A stretch of 64,000 bases of DNA from contig OY762224.2 of NCBI GenBank assembly GCA_963665265.2, positions 3,255,456-3,319,455 on the forward strand, given 5' to 3'. The notes beneath the pieces were generated by a model. It ran no database searches, had not been told where the DNA came from, and saw nothing but the letters and a program-made list of their open reading frames with translations. The DNA comes from Thermoguttaceae bacterium (GTDB lineage: Bacteria > Planctomycetota > Planctomycetia > Pirellulales > Thermoguttaceae). The position numbers were made by a program, and so were the translations under genes. Below, piece after piece: positions 19,632 through 29,230 of the stretch. The first letter of the stretch is position 1; each line of letters opens with the position of its first letter.

Positions 19632-20867
19632 ATGCGTTTCTTCATGTTTATGGCATTTGCGTTCCTCGTAATGCCTATTGGCACAACCGCTCAAGGTTCA
19701 ACCTCCGAAGTCGACGTGGTTATTAAATCCGTCGACGCAAAAGGTCGTTCAATAACGGCGGAATATACGGTCAAGGACGAAAAGAAGTCCATCGATCTCG
19801 ACGTGAGCCGAAAAGCGGAGATTTCTGTTAACGGCAAAGATACAAAGCTGGATGCAGTCAAGTCCGGTCAAACGGCAAAAATCGTTTACGACAAAGACCT
19901 GCAAATCGTCACCAAGCTCGATGCGACAGGAACGGGCGAAGTTTATCGATTCACTGTTCAACTTTCCGAATTCGGCGACGGAAAAATTCAGATCGAAAAA
20001 ACTGCCGAACCGCCAAAGGAAGATTTCGAGGGTGAGCTGTTTACATTTTCTACAATGCCCCACGCTAAGGCTATTAAGGGAAAGAACGGCATGTTTCGTG
20101 TCGTTCACGATTTTAGCGATTCCAATGACCTCAAGGAATCGTTCTTTGAAAGGAGAAATATTTCAAGTGACGAGAACTCGCTTGTTTTTACGCCTGGACC
20201 GATGGAGAAGGACAATGACGTAAAAAAAGCCTCCAAGCTCGTATATGGAAAAAAACTCGGTCTTCCTTTAATAGCCAGTTTTGACGTAGTTAAGTACGGC
20301 GGCGAACACCTAACCATTGATATTTACGACCCGCCTCGAAAATTTGGAACACTACATTTTCAGCTTTGGGCGAAAGATGCAAATCTTGAAAATCCGATCA
20401 ATTTGAGCGCCATCTGGCTTGAAAACGACAAAGAAGGGAAACGCCACGGCACGGATGTGTTCAAGGAAGAGAATATCCGATTGTCGGAACGTTTTGAAAA
20501 GAAATTTCGCTTGCCGCTGCCAAATGCAAAGATATCCGAGTTGTTTTTCCTTCAGATTAGTACGATTGACGGGGCAAAGCCGACGACGATTTCTCGCCTG
20601 GAGGTCCAAGGAAGACTGGCACCGATGTTCGGAATGCAACTGGCAGAAAAACAAGGGAAAGTATTTGTCGGAGGATTGCTGCCAAACAGTCTTGGAGGAA
20701 AAGCTGGCGTCCAACCAGGCGATGTCGTTCTGGCTATCAACGGCAAAAAACCAAAGGACACGCTCGATGCGACAAATCTATTGGGAAAGCTTCCGGTCGG
20801 TGAAGAAGCCGTTATCAAGGTTCAACGTGGCGAAAACGTCAAAGAATTACATGTGACTGCGGAGTAG
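19632..20867 (+). CDS. secreted protein with C-terminal PDZ domain
   Basis: Signal peptide MRFFMFMAFAFLVMPIGTTAQG. The C-terminus is GGKAGVQPGDVVLAINGKKPKDTLDATNLL...VIKVQRGENVKEL. Confidence 0.65.
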   Translation: MRFFMFMAFAFLVMPIGTTAQGSTSEVDVVIKSVDAKGRSITAEYTVKDEKKSIDLDVSRKAEISVNGKDTKLDAVKSGQTAKIVYDKDLQIVTKLDATGTGEVYRFTVQLSEFGDGKIQIEKTAEPPKEDFEGELFTFSTMPHAKAIKGKNGMFRVVHDFSDSNDLKESFFERRNISSDENSLVFTPGPMEKDNDVKKASKLVYGKKLGLPLIASFDVVKYGGEHLTIDIYDPPRKFGTLHFQLWAKDANLENPINLSAIWLENDKEGKRHGTDVFKEENIRLSERFEKKFRLPLPNAKISELFFLQISTIDGAKPTTISRLEVQGRLAPMFGMQLAEKQGKVFVGGLLPNSLGGKAGVQPGDVVLAINGKKPKDTLDATNLLGKLPVGEEAVIKVQRGENVKELHVTAE

Positions 20868-20873
20868 ATTGAT

Positions 20874-21302
20874 ATGGAACGCACGCCCAAAAAAGTAATC
20901 TGGTTGCGAATGATGTGGTTGCCCATCATCAAGTGGATTTTCATCATGTTCGTGATGTCCATCGGCGGTTTTTCTGCGTTTTTACCCGCTTTTTTTGGCG
21001 GCTTAACAGCCATTGGCGGCGTCACGATTGCACTTTGGGGCGGCGTTAATTTTCTTTTTTGGTTGTTTCGCCCTGAAGAATATCGAATTTGGAAAGCTGG
21101 CGGCGGCGATCCTTTTTTTGATTCGACGAGTTCTCTGTTCAATAGCGATCCCCCGGAAATTCGCTATCAAGAATTTTATCAGGAGCAAGCGAAGAGGGAT
21201 TTGAAAAGAATGTTCGGCGTTGATATGGACGAAGAGGCACGACAGTGTCAACAAGCAACCGTGCCGCAGGATGATTTGTCGATCGACAACTGGGTAATGT
21301 GA
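20874..21302 (+). CDS. hypothetical membrane protein
   Basis: 142 aa with two or three hydrophobic helices, 6 nt after the upstream stop. Confidence 0.45.
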   Translation: MERTPKKVIWLRMMWLPIIKWIFIMFVMSIGGFSAFLPAFFGGLTAIGGVTIALWGGVNFLFWLFRPEEYRIWKAGGGDPFFDSTSSLFNSDPPEIRYQEFYQEQAKRDLKRMFGVDMDEEARQCQQATVPQDDLSIDNWVM

Positions 21303-21542
21303 AGTCCCTGGTATGTTGGCAATTTTTTCGTCGGTGTTTTTTCGAGGAGGTCGATTGGAGGTTTTTGAGGCAATCGGAGGAGCGGAAAGAGTTTCCGAGT
21401 ATCCAAAAATGAAACACGCCTGAAAATGAAACGGGGACGGTGTTGTCCAACAGCCCTAGGAGTGGAGCCTTTTTACAGGGATTTCCGCTGGAATTTCTCT
21501 GTTTCTTTTTTTGCAACAAACTTCTTTTCGGTCCCAAAAGAA

Positions 21543-21575
21543 AACAAGCCCGCCGAGTATTTCGACGGGCTTGTT
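21543..21575 (-). terminator. intrinsic (bidirectional-looking) terminator
   Basis: AACAAGCCCG / CGGGCTTGTT stem, T-rich on the minus side (TTTTCTTTT), directly downstream of the 21587-21889 gene. Confidence 0.55.
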
Positions 21576-21586
21576 CTCTTTTCCGA

Positions 21587-21889
21587 TCAATATTCGTCTG
21601 GAAGCAAAAAAGTGGTGCATTCCCTCCGTCCATTTTCTCCGACAGCCTCTGTTATGCACCAGATTTTAGTATTGTCCTTCAACTGATAAGCCGACATCAA
21701 ACGACTCCCGTCGACGAGGGCTTCGTCGTTCAACAGCTTATCTTCGGGGCACATCTCCCCCCAATCGCCTTGGAGGTGCCGTTGAAGGAATTCAAAAGGA
21801 GTTTGGTTGTTTCGTTGAAACGCTTCAGAAGCTCCAGGAGTTGACAACAAAGCACCGCACGTAAATTTGGGTTTCGTCAACATGATCAT
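21587..21889 (-). CDS. small conserved plasmid-associated protein (GDWG...ITE...TT-LLP-EY type)
   Basis: 100 aa: ...FEFLQRHLQGDWGEMCPEDKLLNDEALVDGSRLMSAYQLKDNTKIWCITEAVGENGRRECTTFLLPDEY. I recall this pattern from roughly 100-aa proteins on plasmids and ICEs; the family name is not certain. Confidence 0.5.
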   Translation of the reverse strand: MIMLTKPKFTCGALLSTPGASEAFQRNNQTPFEFLQRHLQGDWGEMCPEDKLLNDEALVDGSRLMSAYQLKDNTKIWCITEAVGENGRRECTTFLLPDEY

Positions 21890-22002
21890 TTTGGTCTCTC
21901 GTGATTTGAGTTGGTGATCCCGAGGTCAGAAGTCCGACTGGAGGACATCTGACCTCGGCGGTGAACGAGAAGGAGGAACGGTCCGATCCCCGAGGCTGCT
22001 GG

Positions 22003-22413
22003 TCACGCTTCAACAAACTCAGCTTCTTCATCTTCGGCGTCGATTTCCGCCCAATTCTCAGAAAGCCGAAGAGCATGACGACTAGCTTCATCTTCTGAAC
22101 AATTGTCGAGAAGTTCGCCACGGAAAAGCATTCCGTCGTCGCCGAGAGCGTAACCGACGATGAATCGGCTACGAGGTAAACGGAATATGAGAGCCAATCC
22201 GCCATTCCAAAATCGATCAATAACCTCAGAACGACAATCTAAAGTTGCCTCACCTGTCCAAGTCGTCAACCAAAAGTGACCACACTTGAATTTCAGATAA
22301 GCGGTGATTTCTCGCCCATAAACCGTCGCTCCGAGAGCGGAGTATTCATGTCCTTCGTGTTCGATGATTCCGATTTCAATTTGTCCTTGGCGGACGCTGC
22401 GAGTTGCGATCAT
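22003..22413 (-). CDS. hypothetical protein
   Basis: 136-aa ORF in the same-strand gene block with an acidic C-terminus. No family recognised. Confidence 0.4.
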   Translation of the reverse strand: MIATRSVRQGQIEIGIIEHEGHEYSALGATVYGREITAYLKFKCGHFWLTTWTGEATLDCRSEVIDRFWNGGLALIFRLPRSRFIVGYALGDDGMLFRGELLDNCSEDEASRHALRLSENWAEIDAEDEEAEFVEA

Positions 22414-22484
22414 TTTTTGTCTCCTTGAAAAGGTGTTTGGTTAAAAACGCTTTTCAAGGAGGTCCGTCACTCAACTGCAAACAG

Positions 22485-23462
22485 TCAATATGTTACGTTT
22501 TCCGCCGCCATTACCAACTGTTGTTGGTCTTTTTGCGAATAACGAGCCGTCGTTTGTATATTTTCATGACCAAGAATTTGAGCGAGGCTCACGATGTCGT
22601 TGACGTTGTCCTCCAAAAACTTTTTGCTAAACGTATGACGAAAAAGATGCGGATGGAGCCTGACTCCTATCAGGGCGGAGTATTTGCGGCAAAGAGATTG
22701 AACTCCGGCCGTCGTGAGACTTCCTCGTTCGCCGACAAAAACGTAATCCGTAACAATGGGTGGTCGAACTTCAAGATATGCCGCCAACGCCTTTCGAGCG
22801 GAAAGCGGAATCGGCACCGTGCGGACTTTATTTCCTTTCCCTCGCCGATAGGTTGCCGATCCGCTTCGTTCGGTCAGCATAACGTCGGACATTTCAAGAT
22901 TTACGATGTCCGATACTCTGGCTCCCGTATATAGGAGCAGATGGAAAATGGCATTCGCTCGAACGTCACCTCTCAATTCGACCTCCCGCAATAATTTCCG
23001 CACTTCATCACGAGCAAGTCCCTTCGGAGCCAGTTGTTGACGGCGAATTTCCTTGACCTGTTTGGCGACGTTTGCCTGAAGATAGCCGATCCGAACCAAA
23101 TGATCCAAAAATCGGCGAATAGTCACTAAACATCGGTTTACGCTCGCCACGGCTTGTTTTTGGTCCCGATGTAGGTGGTTTCGAAAATCAACCACGTCCC
23201 GAACGGTGATCCGCTTAACGGCGAACCGTTCGTGATTGATGGATGAGAACCAACGGGTGAACTTTCGCAGGTCGTTGCATATCGCCTCCCTCGTGTTGTC
23301 GGAGAAGTCGTTCCCTTGGAGGTATTTCAACACGAGCGATGGCTCGTCCGCTCCGACGAATAGACCGTTAAAAACATTATGGTGACAATTCTCACGGGCT
23401 TCTGAACACATTTTGGACAGTCCTTTGACAGGTTTTTGATGAAACTCACTGCATAATGCCAA
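22485..23462 (-). CDS. tyrosine recombinase/integrase (XerC/D-like)
   Basis: TGARVSDIVNLEMSDV, HPHLFRHTFSKKFL and LGHENIQTTARY catalytic motifs. Confidence 0.85.
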   Translation of the reverse strand: MALCSEFHQKPVKGLSKMCSEARENCHHNVFNGLFVGADEPSLVLKYLQGNDFSDNTREAICNDLRKFTRWFSSINHERFAVKRITVRDVVDFRNHLHRDQKQAVASVNRCLVTIRRFLDHLVRIGYLQANVAKQVKEIRRQQLAPKGLARDEVRKLLREVELRGDVRANAIFHLLLYTGARVSDIVNLEMSDVMLTERSGSATYRRGKGNKVRTVPIPLSARKALAAYLEVRPPIVTDYVFVGERGSLTTAGVQSLCRKYSALIGVRLHPHLFRHTFSKKFLEDNVNDIVSLAQILGHENIQTTARYSQKDQQQLVMAAENVTY

Positions 23463-23480
23463 TTATGGTGACGCATTACG

Positions 23481-23945
23481 CTAACGATTCTGACGCATCA
23501 GAGCCACGAAAATGGTCCGAATTAAGGTTGCCTCGTCGACGCCGACCGTTCCGTGCGGATACAATTTTTGGATTGCCGTTTCAACCTGCTGGTCGGTAAC
23601 GCCGCTCATTCCCAATCCCTTCAAACCGTTGATGATGTTGGAATACTTGGCGGGGAGCTTTTTGGTTCTAGGGGAACCGATTTGTTTTTTTAGTGAAGAA
23701 ACGCCAGGACGGCGAGAGTAAAACAAAATCGGTTTGCCATCGATCCCGCAATTCTTCCTCCGAACTTCCAGACAGACTTTTTGCAATTCTTCTACAAAAA
23801 GTGGACGCCTTGTCGACACACTATAAACGGGATGAGGAAACGCCGTTCCGATAAGCTGATAAAATCTTGCTCGACTCAATCCCAACATCCGAGCCATTTC
23901 ACTTACAGTAACGGCGGACTTAAATTCAACGATCATCTGACTCAC
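23481..23945 (-). CDS. helix-turn-helix DNA-binding protein (excisionase/regulator candidate)
   Basis: VTVSEMARMLGLSRARFYQLIGTAFPHPVY HTH motif, adjacent to the integrase. Confidence 0.55.
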   Translation of the reverse strand: MSQMIVEFKSAVTVSEMARMLGLSRARFYQLIGTAFPHPVYSVSTRRPLFVEELQKVCLEVRRKNCGIDGKPILFYSRRPGVSSLKKQIGSPRTKKLPAKYSNIINGLKGLGMSGVTDQQVETAIQKLYPHGTVGVDEATLIRTIFVALMRQNR

Positions 23946-23957
23946 TTTCTACTGAAA

Positions 23958-24932
23958 TTAGACGGTTTGTTGACGACTTCTAGCCAAATGGTCCAATCCT
24001 TCTTGGGTGAGTTGCCTCAAACCGTTCTTGTCTTTAGTGAGCAATCCCGAACGAACGAGGAACGGCTCAATCACGTCGGATACGGTTTTTGAAGCCATGC
24101 CCATCAGCGACGCCAGTACATTCAATCGCAACGAACTATTTCCCAGCAGTTGGATGTATTTTTGTTCCTGGCTTGTAAGTCCTCGGCAGTCGATCCGATC
24201 AAGTTCACACGCTTTGCGAACATGATCGAGGGTAATTCGTTCCTCACCTTCACTACGAGCGACACGACGAGAGGATTGAAGAATCCTTAAAACGATTCGT
24301 GGCGTTCCTCTTCCTCTCATGGCAATTTCGGGAAGAGCAACGTCCTCAATGGTCCAACCGAGAGCTTTACTTCGCCGCCGAACGACTTCCTGGAGTTCGA
24401 TTTCTGTAAGGTATTCGAGTTCCAGCGTTAGCCGCATCCGATCTCGAAGCGGGTGAAGGACTTTGTGGGGATCGGTCGTGGAAAGTAATAGCGAGAAATT
24501 CTCTAGTGGCAAAAACATCTGCCCTTTGCCGTTTTGAACGATCAACTTCCGTTGGTCCAACGCCATAAAGAGCGTGGTTTGCTGCTCGGTCGGAAGTTCG
24601 TGGACTTCATCAATATGAATGATTTCTCCCTCGTTTGTCGAAAGAAGCAATGCGTTTAGCTCGGCAGGTCCAGAAAGTGATTGTCCGAGCGTTTCGTGCA
24701 AATCGACCGCAAGTTCTTTGGATATAACGTTCGCCCAGGTACTTTTGCCCAATCCAGGAGGTCCAGATAACAATGTATCGGGGAACCTCACTTGGTCCTC
24801 GAAACACGCATCGAGTGCCACCTGAACCTGCCTTCTGACGTGGTTATTTCCGATCAAATGACTCAAACTACTCGGTTTAACGTCGTGAATGTCGTTCGCT
24901 CGGTCGTTATCCATTTGTTTCCTCTTCTTCAA
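23958..24932 (-). CDS. RuvB-like AAA+ ATPase
   Basis: LIGNNHVRRQVQVALDA...LLSGPPGLGKSTWANVISKEL (Walker A), IIHIDEVHEL (Walker B) and a winged-helix-like C-terminus, as in the RuvB layout. Confidence 0.7.
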   Translation of the reverse strand: MKKRKQMDNDRANDIHDVKPSSLSHLIGNNHVRRQVQVALDACFEDQVRFPDTLLSGPPGLGKSTWANVISKELAVDLHETLGQSLSGPAELNALLLSTNEGEIIHIDEVHELPTEQQTTLFMALDQRKLIVQNGKGQMFLPLENFSLLLSTTDPHKVLHPLRDRMRLTLELEYLTEIELQEVVRRRSKALGWTIEDVALPEIAMRGRGTPRIVLRILQSSRRVARSEGEERITLDHVRKACELDRIDCRGLTSQEQKYIQLLGNSSLRLNVLASLMGMASKTVSDVIEPFLVRSGLLTKDKNGLRQLTQEGLDHLARSRQQTV

Positions 24933-25191
24933 CTTTCCTAACGCTCCGAATGGCGGGGATGACCACGTCCAAATAGTCGATGGAGCCGATCTTCAAAAGT
25001 TCGTTTGCCAAGCCGATCGCCTCGTCGACGCAAATCCCCCTATCATTGTCGATCTCCACAAACTCCAACGATCCTTCGACAAGGTCCGCTAGTCCTCGAT
25101 AAGTTCGTGTTATCGCTTCGACCTCGTCTGCGGCTTCGACTCGATATCGTTGAATGTAAAGTTCGTATCTCTCAACCTCGTACTGCGGCAT
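24907..25191 (-). CDS. small hypothetical protein, paralogue of 25204-25467
   Basis: MPQYEVERYELYIQRYRVEAADEVEAI... aligns with MPLYEIEQYEIHAATFQVEAKNEAEAI... Confidence 0.45.
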   Translation of the reverse strand: MPQYEVERYELYIQRYRVEAADEVEAITRTYRGLADLVEGSLEFVEIDNDRGICVDEAIGLANELLKIGSIDYLDVVIPAIRSVRKVEEEETNG

Positions 25192-25203
25192 AGTTTTGGT
25201 CCG

Positions 25204-25467
25204 TTATCCGATTTCTGTGATGCAGCGAATTGATGGGATTACGTCGGGTCCGACTGTCACCCCGAGTTTTTGCAACTGTGCCACCAGTTCCCTATACTCT
25301 TCGACAGGAAGCCCGACATCTTCGGCAGTTTCCACATAATCCAAGGAATTGTCCTGAAACTCCGCTTCGCCATTGAAGAGTTTGGCGATCGCTTCGGCTT
25401 CATTCTTCGCCTCGACTTGAAATGTGGCGGCATGAATCTCGTATTGTTCGATCTCATAGAGGGGCAT
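25204..25467 (-). CDS. small hypothetical protein, paralogue of 24907-25191
   Basis: ATG at 25467 preceded by AGGAG. See the paralogue alignment in the previous entry. Confidence 0.45.
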   Translation of the reverse strand: MPLYEIEQYEIHAATFQVEAKNEAEAIAKLFNGEAEFQDNSLDYVETAEDVGLPVEEYRELVAQLQKLGVTVGPDVIPSIRCITEIG

Positions 25468-25471
25468 ATTC

Positions 25472-25720
25472 TTACTCCTGGTCCAAATTGGCATTTTGTC
25501 GTTTTGACGTTCTGACATTGGCTTTCTTCGCTTCGAGCCGTTTCTTTCTCTTTGCCCACCACGGTCCGCAGATACGCCTGATCTTTTCGATGACCCGTTC
25601 GGCTTTTTCCGTTTTACCCTCGTCCTGATATACGAAATGTCGAAGGCTGATACGCCGGAGCGTTTTTTCGTATTTGTGGAAACGTTGGTTATCTCGAATG
25701 GCTCGTTTAAGTGAATTCAT
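25472..25720 (-). CDS. small basic hypothetical protein
   Basis: 82-aa Lys/Arg-rich ORF in the operon-like block. Confidence 0.3.
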   Translation of the reverse strand: MNSLKRAIRDNQRFHKYEKTLRRISLRHFVYQDEGKTEKAERVIEKIRRICGPWWAKRKKRLEAKKANVRTSKRQNANLDQE

Positions 25721-25732
25721 TTCTTCCTCCTG

Positions 25733-26014
25733 TTATGTGGTCCGAACGGCAGTCGTTTTTTCAACTTGCCTTCGGATCGCTGTTTCGGTCAGATACGTGA
25801 AATTGAAGATCAGTTTGTCTTCAACCCGAATATAGTTTCCGAGTTGGTCCATTTTGCCCTTCATCTTGAAAGCAATTTCCGTGCAAATGGCGTCAAGCTG
25901 GATCAAGAATTGTTCTTGATTGCGAAACTTCTCGTTCATTCGGCGAACGATCTCGCTAAAACGGTCTCCTTTTGCCAAAGACGATTCGATGACGATCAAC
26001 TGAAACTGGCTCAT
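25733..26014 (-). CDS. hypothetical protein
   Basis: 93-aa ORF in the same-strand block. Confidence 0.4.
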   Translation of the reverse strand: MSQFQLIVIESSLAKGDRFSEIVRRMNEKFRNQEQFLIQLDAICTEIAFKMKGKMDQLGNYIRVEDKLIFNFTYLTETAIRRQVEKTTAVRTT

Positions 26015-26097
26015 TTGCTTCCTCCGTTGTTTCGCTGGTCCAAGAAAGCACGGAGCGATGATCGCAAAACCACCGCCCCGTGCTTCACCAGGGAGAA

Positions 26098-27003
26098 CTA
26101 AAACGCCACTTCGAGAGGCTCAGGTTGTCGGGAGAAACTCAGCACGAAGTCAGCCGCTTTTGACGCCGCCGAAGCCGCACGGAAGATGAATCTGCTGTCC
26201 TTGTTCAAGGCTTCAAGCCAATTCGCTACATACGCTTTGTGGTTGTCTAAGTTGTCGCTTTGAGGAATTCCAAGAGCCGCCGATACAAAAGCCGATCCGA
26301 TCTCGGCTCTCAACTCGCCCTCGGCATAATTGCCGCTCCAATTACACCGTGGCTCGGTCCAATGGGTTAATTCATGCAAAATCGTGTTGTAGTATTCGTT
26401 TTCTCGTTCAAAACGTCGTTTGTCGGGGACTTGGATATAATCTTCGCTTTTGCAGTAAAAAGCGTGGTCGCCGCCGAATCGAAGATCGACTCCTACATTT
26501 CGGATCAACTCCTCTGCAGGCTCGTAATCAATGAAATTGGAATTGACCGTCATCGATTCATCGTTTGCTCGCAAATGGTCGAAAGGTCCGTCCACTTGGT
26601 CAACGTTAAAAATCGTATAGGACTTCAAAATGGGAAATGATGTCTCCTCTTCTTCACCAGTGATCGGGTCCACTTTCGTCTTGTTCACTTTTGTGAAGAA
26701 AACGATGGATTGTCCCCACTGCCCAGGCTCAACGTCCTCTGGACGCCGTTTAATCCGACCTCCAAGGTCTTGCCACTGCTTAAAAGTCGCCCAAAACTTG
26801 CTTGAAAAGCCATGCTTCATCGACGCCAAACGCAGTAAGAGGACATTCACGCCGCTATAACGGCGATTAGAAACGACGTTCGTTGGGAAGCCTGAATTTG
26901 GACTGATTCCCCAGGGACGACGCCAGGGCGGAATTTCGCCGCTTTGCAGAGCCTCTATGATCTGATGAGTGATCGTTTCTCGGATTTGCTCTTGAGAAGC
27001 CAT
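26098..27003 (-). CDS. ardC: ArdC-like antirestriction protein (ssDNA-binding N-domain plus zincin)
   Basis: EIPPWRRPW...YSGVNVLLL...FWATFKQWQDLGGRIKR (DUF1738-like) and the C-terminal ILHELTHWTEPR metalloprotease motif. Confidence 0.8.
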   Translation of the reverse strand: MASQEQIRETITHQIIEALQSGEIPPWRRPWGISPNSGFPTNVVSNRRYSGVNVLLLRLASMKHGFSSKFWATFKQWQDLGGRIKRRPEDVEPGQWGQSIVFFTKVNKTKVDPITGEEEETSFPILKSYTIFNVDQVDGPFDHLRANDESMTVNSNFIDYEPAEELIRNVGVDLRFGGDHAFYCKSEDYIQVPDKRRFERENEYYNTILHELTHWTEPRCNWSGNYAEGELRAEIGSAFVSAALGIPQSDNLDNHKAYVANWLEALNKDSRFIFRAASAASKAADFVLSFSRQPEPLEVAF

Positions 27004-27268
27004 TTGGTCGTCTCCCTGATTGGTTGTTTGTCGTTTGTTGACGATCAGGGAGACGGTCCGATGAGAATACGGATCGCAAAGAGGAGATGGAAGAAAAAAG
27101 GTAGCTCGAAAATTGGCTACCTTTTTGAAGGTTTGAATGAGCTAGCCGTTGCTATAGTTTTTCAGAATGTCCGATTGTCCGTAGAAACAAAGAAAATGAC
27201 GGACCTTCCCCGTCATCAAGCGTTTGAGAAGCTGATTTTCAACTTTTTTATAGTTTGTTTTTTCTCGA

Positions 27269-29077
27269 TCACCAAGGAGGAGGTCGAACTTCTTTATTTG
27301 AAGGGGATGGGACCGAAAAATCTCCGACGAGTTGATACAGGGTATTATGTTCATTCTCTCTATTACTAATTAAATCCTCGAAGCTCTTGTCCAACTCAGA
27401 AGGTAGCCGATGTTCATCCCTTAACTTTCTTTGATCTTCTCTCCAACTATCCGTGGGCATGTTCTTTCCGACTTCCCACTTCCAAGCTTTTCCGACATGA
27501 TGTTCACGATCAAAAATGCTGACTACTCCCAAACGATGAAGTCGATTTCTCACGACTTGAAAGTATTTTTGATTCCAAGATGATCCTCCCCTAACCATGT
27601 TCCAGATTTTTTTGATACGATTAGTCGGTACGGCTTGGTTTTGAAGAGGATCATCTTTCAAACAGAAATTGATGACCGTTAAGAACGTATCCACGAATTC
27701 TGCAGGAACTTTCACGATTGAAGTCGGAGCTTTCATCGTCTTGGCGTCAAAACGATCAACGTCAGAAATCCGAGCGATTAACGTTTGACCGAACTTTTGG
27801 CGAACCCACCACATATACTTCCCGCTTTTCAATGAAAGCGAACTACTTCCCGACGATAACAGCGAAGGATCGAACGTTTGCTCGATGAACGAAAGAATTT
27901 GACCGACTCTTCTTTCACGGCGGTCAAAGTTGTCTTCCCAACAACCAGAGAACCGTCCTTCTTCGTGTAGCCAATTCAAAGCCTCTTCGGATGACGGAAA
28001 ACGACGCTCCTGGCGATAAAAATCCCGAACGAAAGGAAGCAAATCACCAAAATTACGACGAAAAGCGTCGTCAGGATGTTCTGATGAAGAAAATTCACTC
28101 TTCAACCGACTTCTCCGCAGCTTGACCAACGGCTTTGGTTGGGATGGAGCTATAGCGACAACTGCAGGAACGACTGGAGCAATAACCGTTGGCTGTTTGA
28201 CTGGCTGGACGGTTTCTATGGACTTTTCCTCGGCTTCAAGTTGCTCTTTTTTTGCGAGCGTTTGATGAACTTTCTCCTCATCGATTGGAAGCTCGTCCAC
28301 CATTCGCTCCAGCCGTCTCAGATTGATGGTCGGGCAGTTTTTGAACTGTTCCAAGGAGGCTTCAGTCCAATCGTCGGTTTCGTCTCTTTTCAAGCATGGA
28401 CGATATGGCGTGTTAAATGGAAGTTTTGCAAGTCTGCCTGACTTACGATCCGTCGTGATCGATCCTTTGATCTCGAAATCGCAGAGAATCCCACGGGATA
28501 AGAGATATGTCCTCAGTTTTTTCTCCAAACGGTCCACGACTGTGTTGTATTCGATTGCAGAAACGTAGCTGACTTTCAGATAACCGTTCTGTCCACGGTT
28601 AGAAGATCGGAAGAATCCGAAGGGGAAAAGCTCTTGGAGAATTCTTTTCGCTTCTTGTTCGTCTTTTTGCCACGAATGGTGGGCGTCGATGTCGAGATAA
28701 ATCAGCCCTTTGCCGTCTCTTCCGGACGTATAATAGCTGACTTCACCTCCCTCAAGATGCCGTTGGACGTGGCGAGGACTGTAAATGTCGAGGACGACGT
28801 TTTGGGGGCGGAATTCGTTGCCGTTTGCGTATTTTAAGCCACGTTCACCGTTTTTATACCGACGGAAAAGTACCCAATCCTCTTTGGTGATGAGATGACA
28901 CACGGAGAAGGCTCCCAGGACGCCGCAGTCAAAGATGTTGATGAAAGGCTTGAATGCGTCGAAAGAATCCTTAGCCAACTGAGAAATCGGATTTTTTGTT
29001 TTTCTTTTAGAAGATTTTGTCTTATTACTACTATTATATTGTATATTATTCATCGCAATATAATATAGTGTTTTCAC
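27269..29077 (-). CDS. putative replication/primase-polymerase-like protein
   Basis: 602-aa ORF with GKGLIYLDIDAHHSW (a DxD-type motif) in the N-terminal third and a position next to ArdC. The assignment is an inference, and the AT-rich 5' end makes the start uncertain. Confidence 0.35.
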   Translation of the reverse strand: MKTLYYIAMNNIQYNSSNKTKSSKRKTKNPISQLAKDSFDAFKPFINIFDCGVLGAFSVCHLITKEDWVLFRRYKNGERGLKYANGNEFRPQNVVLDIYSPRHVQRHLEGGEVSYYTSGRDGKGLIYLDIDAHHSWQKDEQEAKRILQELFPFGFFRSSNRGQNGYLKVSYVSAIEYNTVVDRLEKKLRTYLLSRGILCDFEIKGSITTDRKSGRLAKLPFNTPYRPCLKRDETDDWTEASLEQFKNCPTINLRRLERMVDELPIDEEKVHQTLAKKEQLEAEEKSIETVQPVKQPTVIAPVVPAVVAIAPSQPKPLVKLRRSRLKSEFSSSEHPDDAFRRNFGDLLPFVRDFYRQERRFPSSEEALNWLHEEGRFSGCWEDNFDRRERRVGQILSFIEQTFDPSLLSSGSSSLSLKSGKYMWWVRQKFGQTLIARISDVDRFDAKTMKAPTSIVKVPAEFVDTFLTVINFCLKDDPLQNQAVPTNRIKKIWNMVRGGSSWNQKYFQVVRNRLHRLGVVSIFDREHHVGKAWKWEVGKNMPTDSWREDQRKLRDEHRLPSELDKSFEDLISNRENEHNTLYQLVGDFSVPSPSNKEVRPPPW

Positions 29078-29118
29078 CAGAGATTTTTGGAGAAGAAAAT
29101 ACTAAAAAGAAAGAAAAA

Positions 29119-29146
29119 GTCCCGGAATTACGCCGGGACTTTTTTG
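29119..29146. terminator. bidirectional-looking intrinsic terminator
   Basis: AGTCCCGG / CCGGGACT stem flanked by an A-run upstream and T6 downstream. Confidence 0.5.
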
Positions 29147-29230
29147 TTGGCGGGGAGGAGAGAATCGATATACCAGATTCATCGCTGGAATTGACGATGC
29201 TGACGGAATCTGTTAATTCTTGACGGTTGG

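Larger units (their letters stand above)
16833..29150. mobile_element. integrative plasmid/ICE-like module next to the tRNA-Val 3' end; right boundary uncertain, and accessory DNA continues to the window end
   Basis: A compositional shift begins at the tRNA. The segment carries an integrase, an HTH protein, a RuvB-like ATPase, ArdC and a replication-like gene. No repeat of the tRNA 3' end was found by eye. Confidence 0.5.

Noticed and set aside
29147-29170. tRNA-3'-end-like string on the minus strand (TCGATTCTCTCCTCCCCGCCA) that might be an att remnant
   Set aside because: Only a partial T-loop-like match. There is no complementary T-stem or acceptor partner, and it does not match either tRNA in the window.
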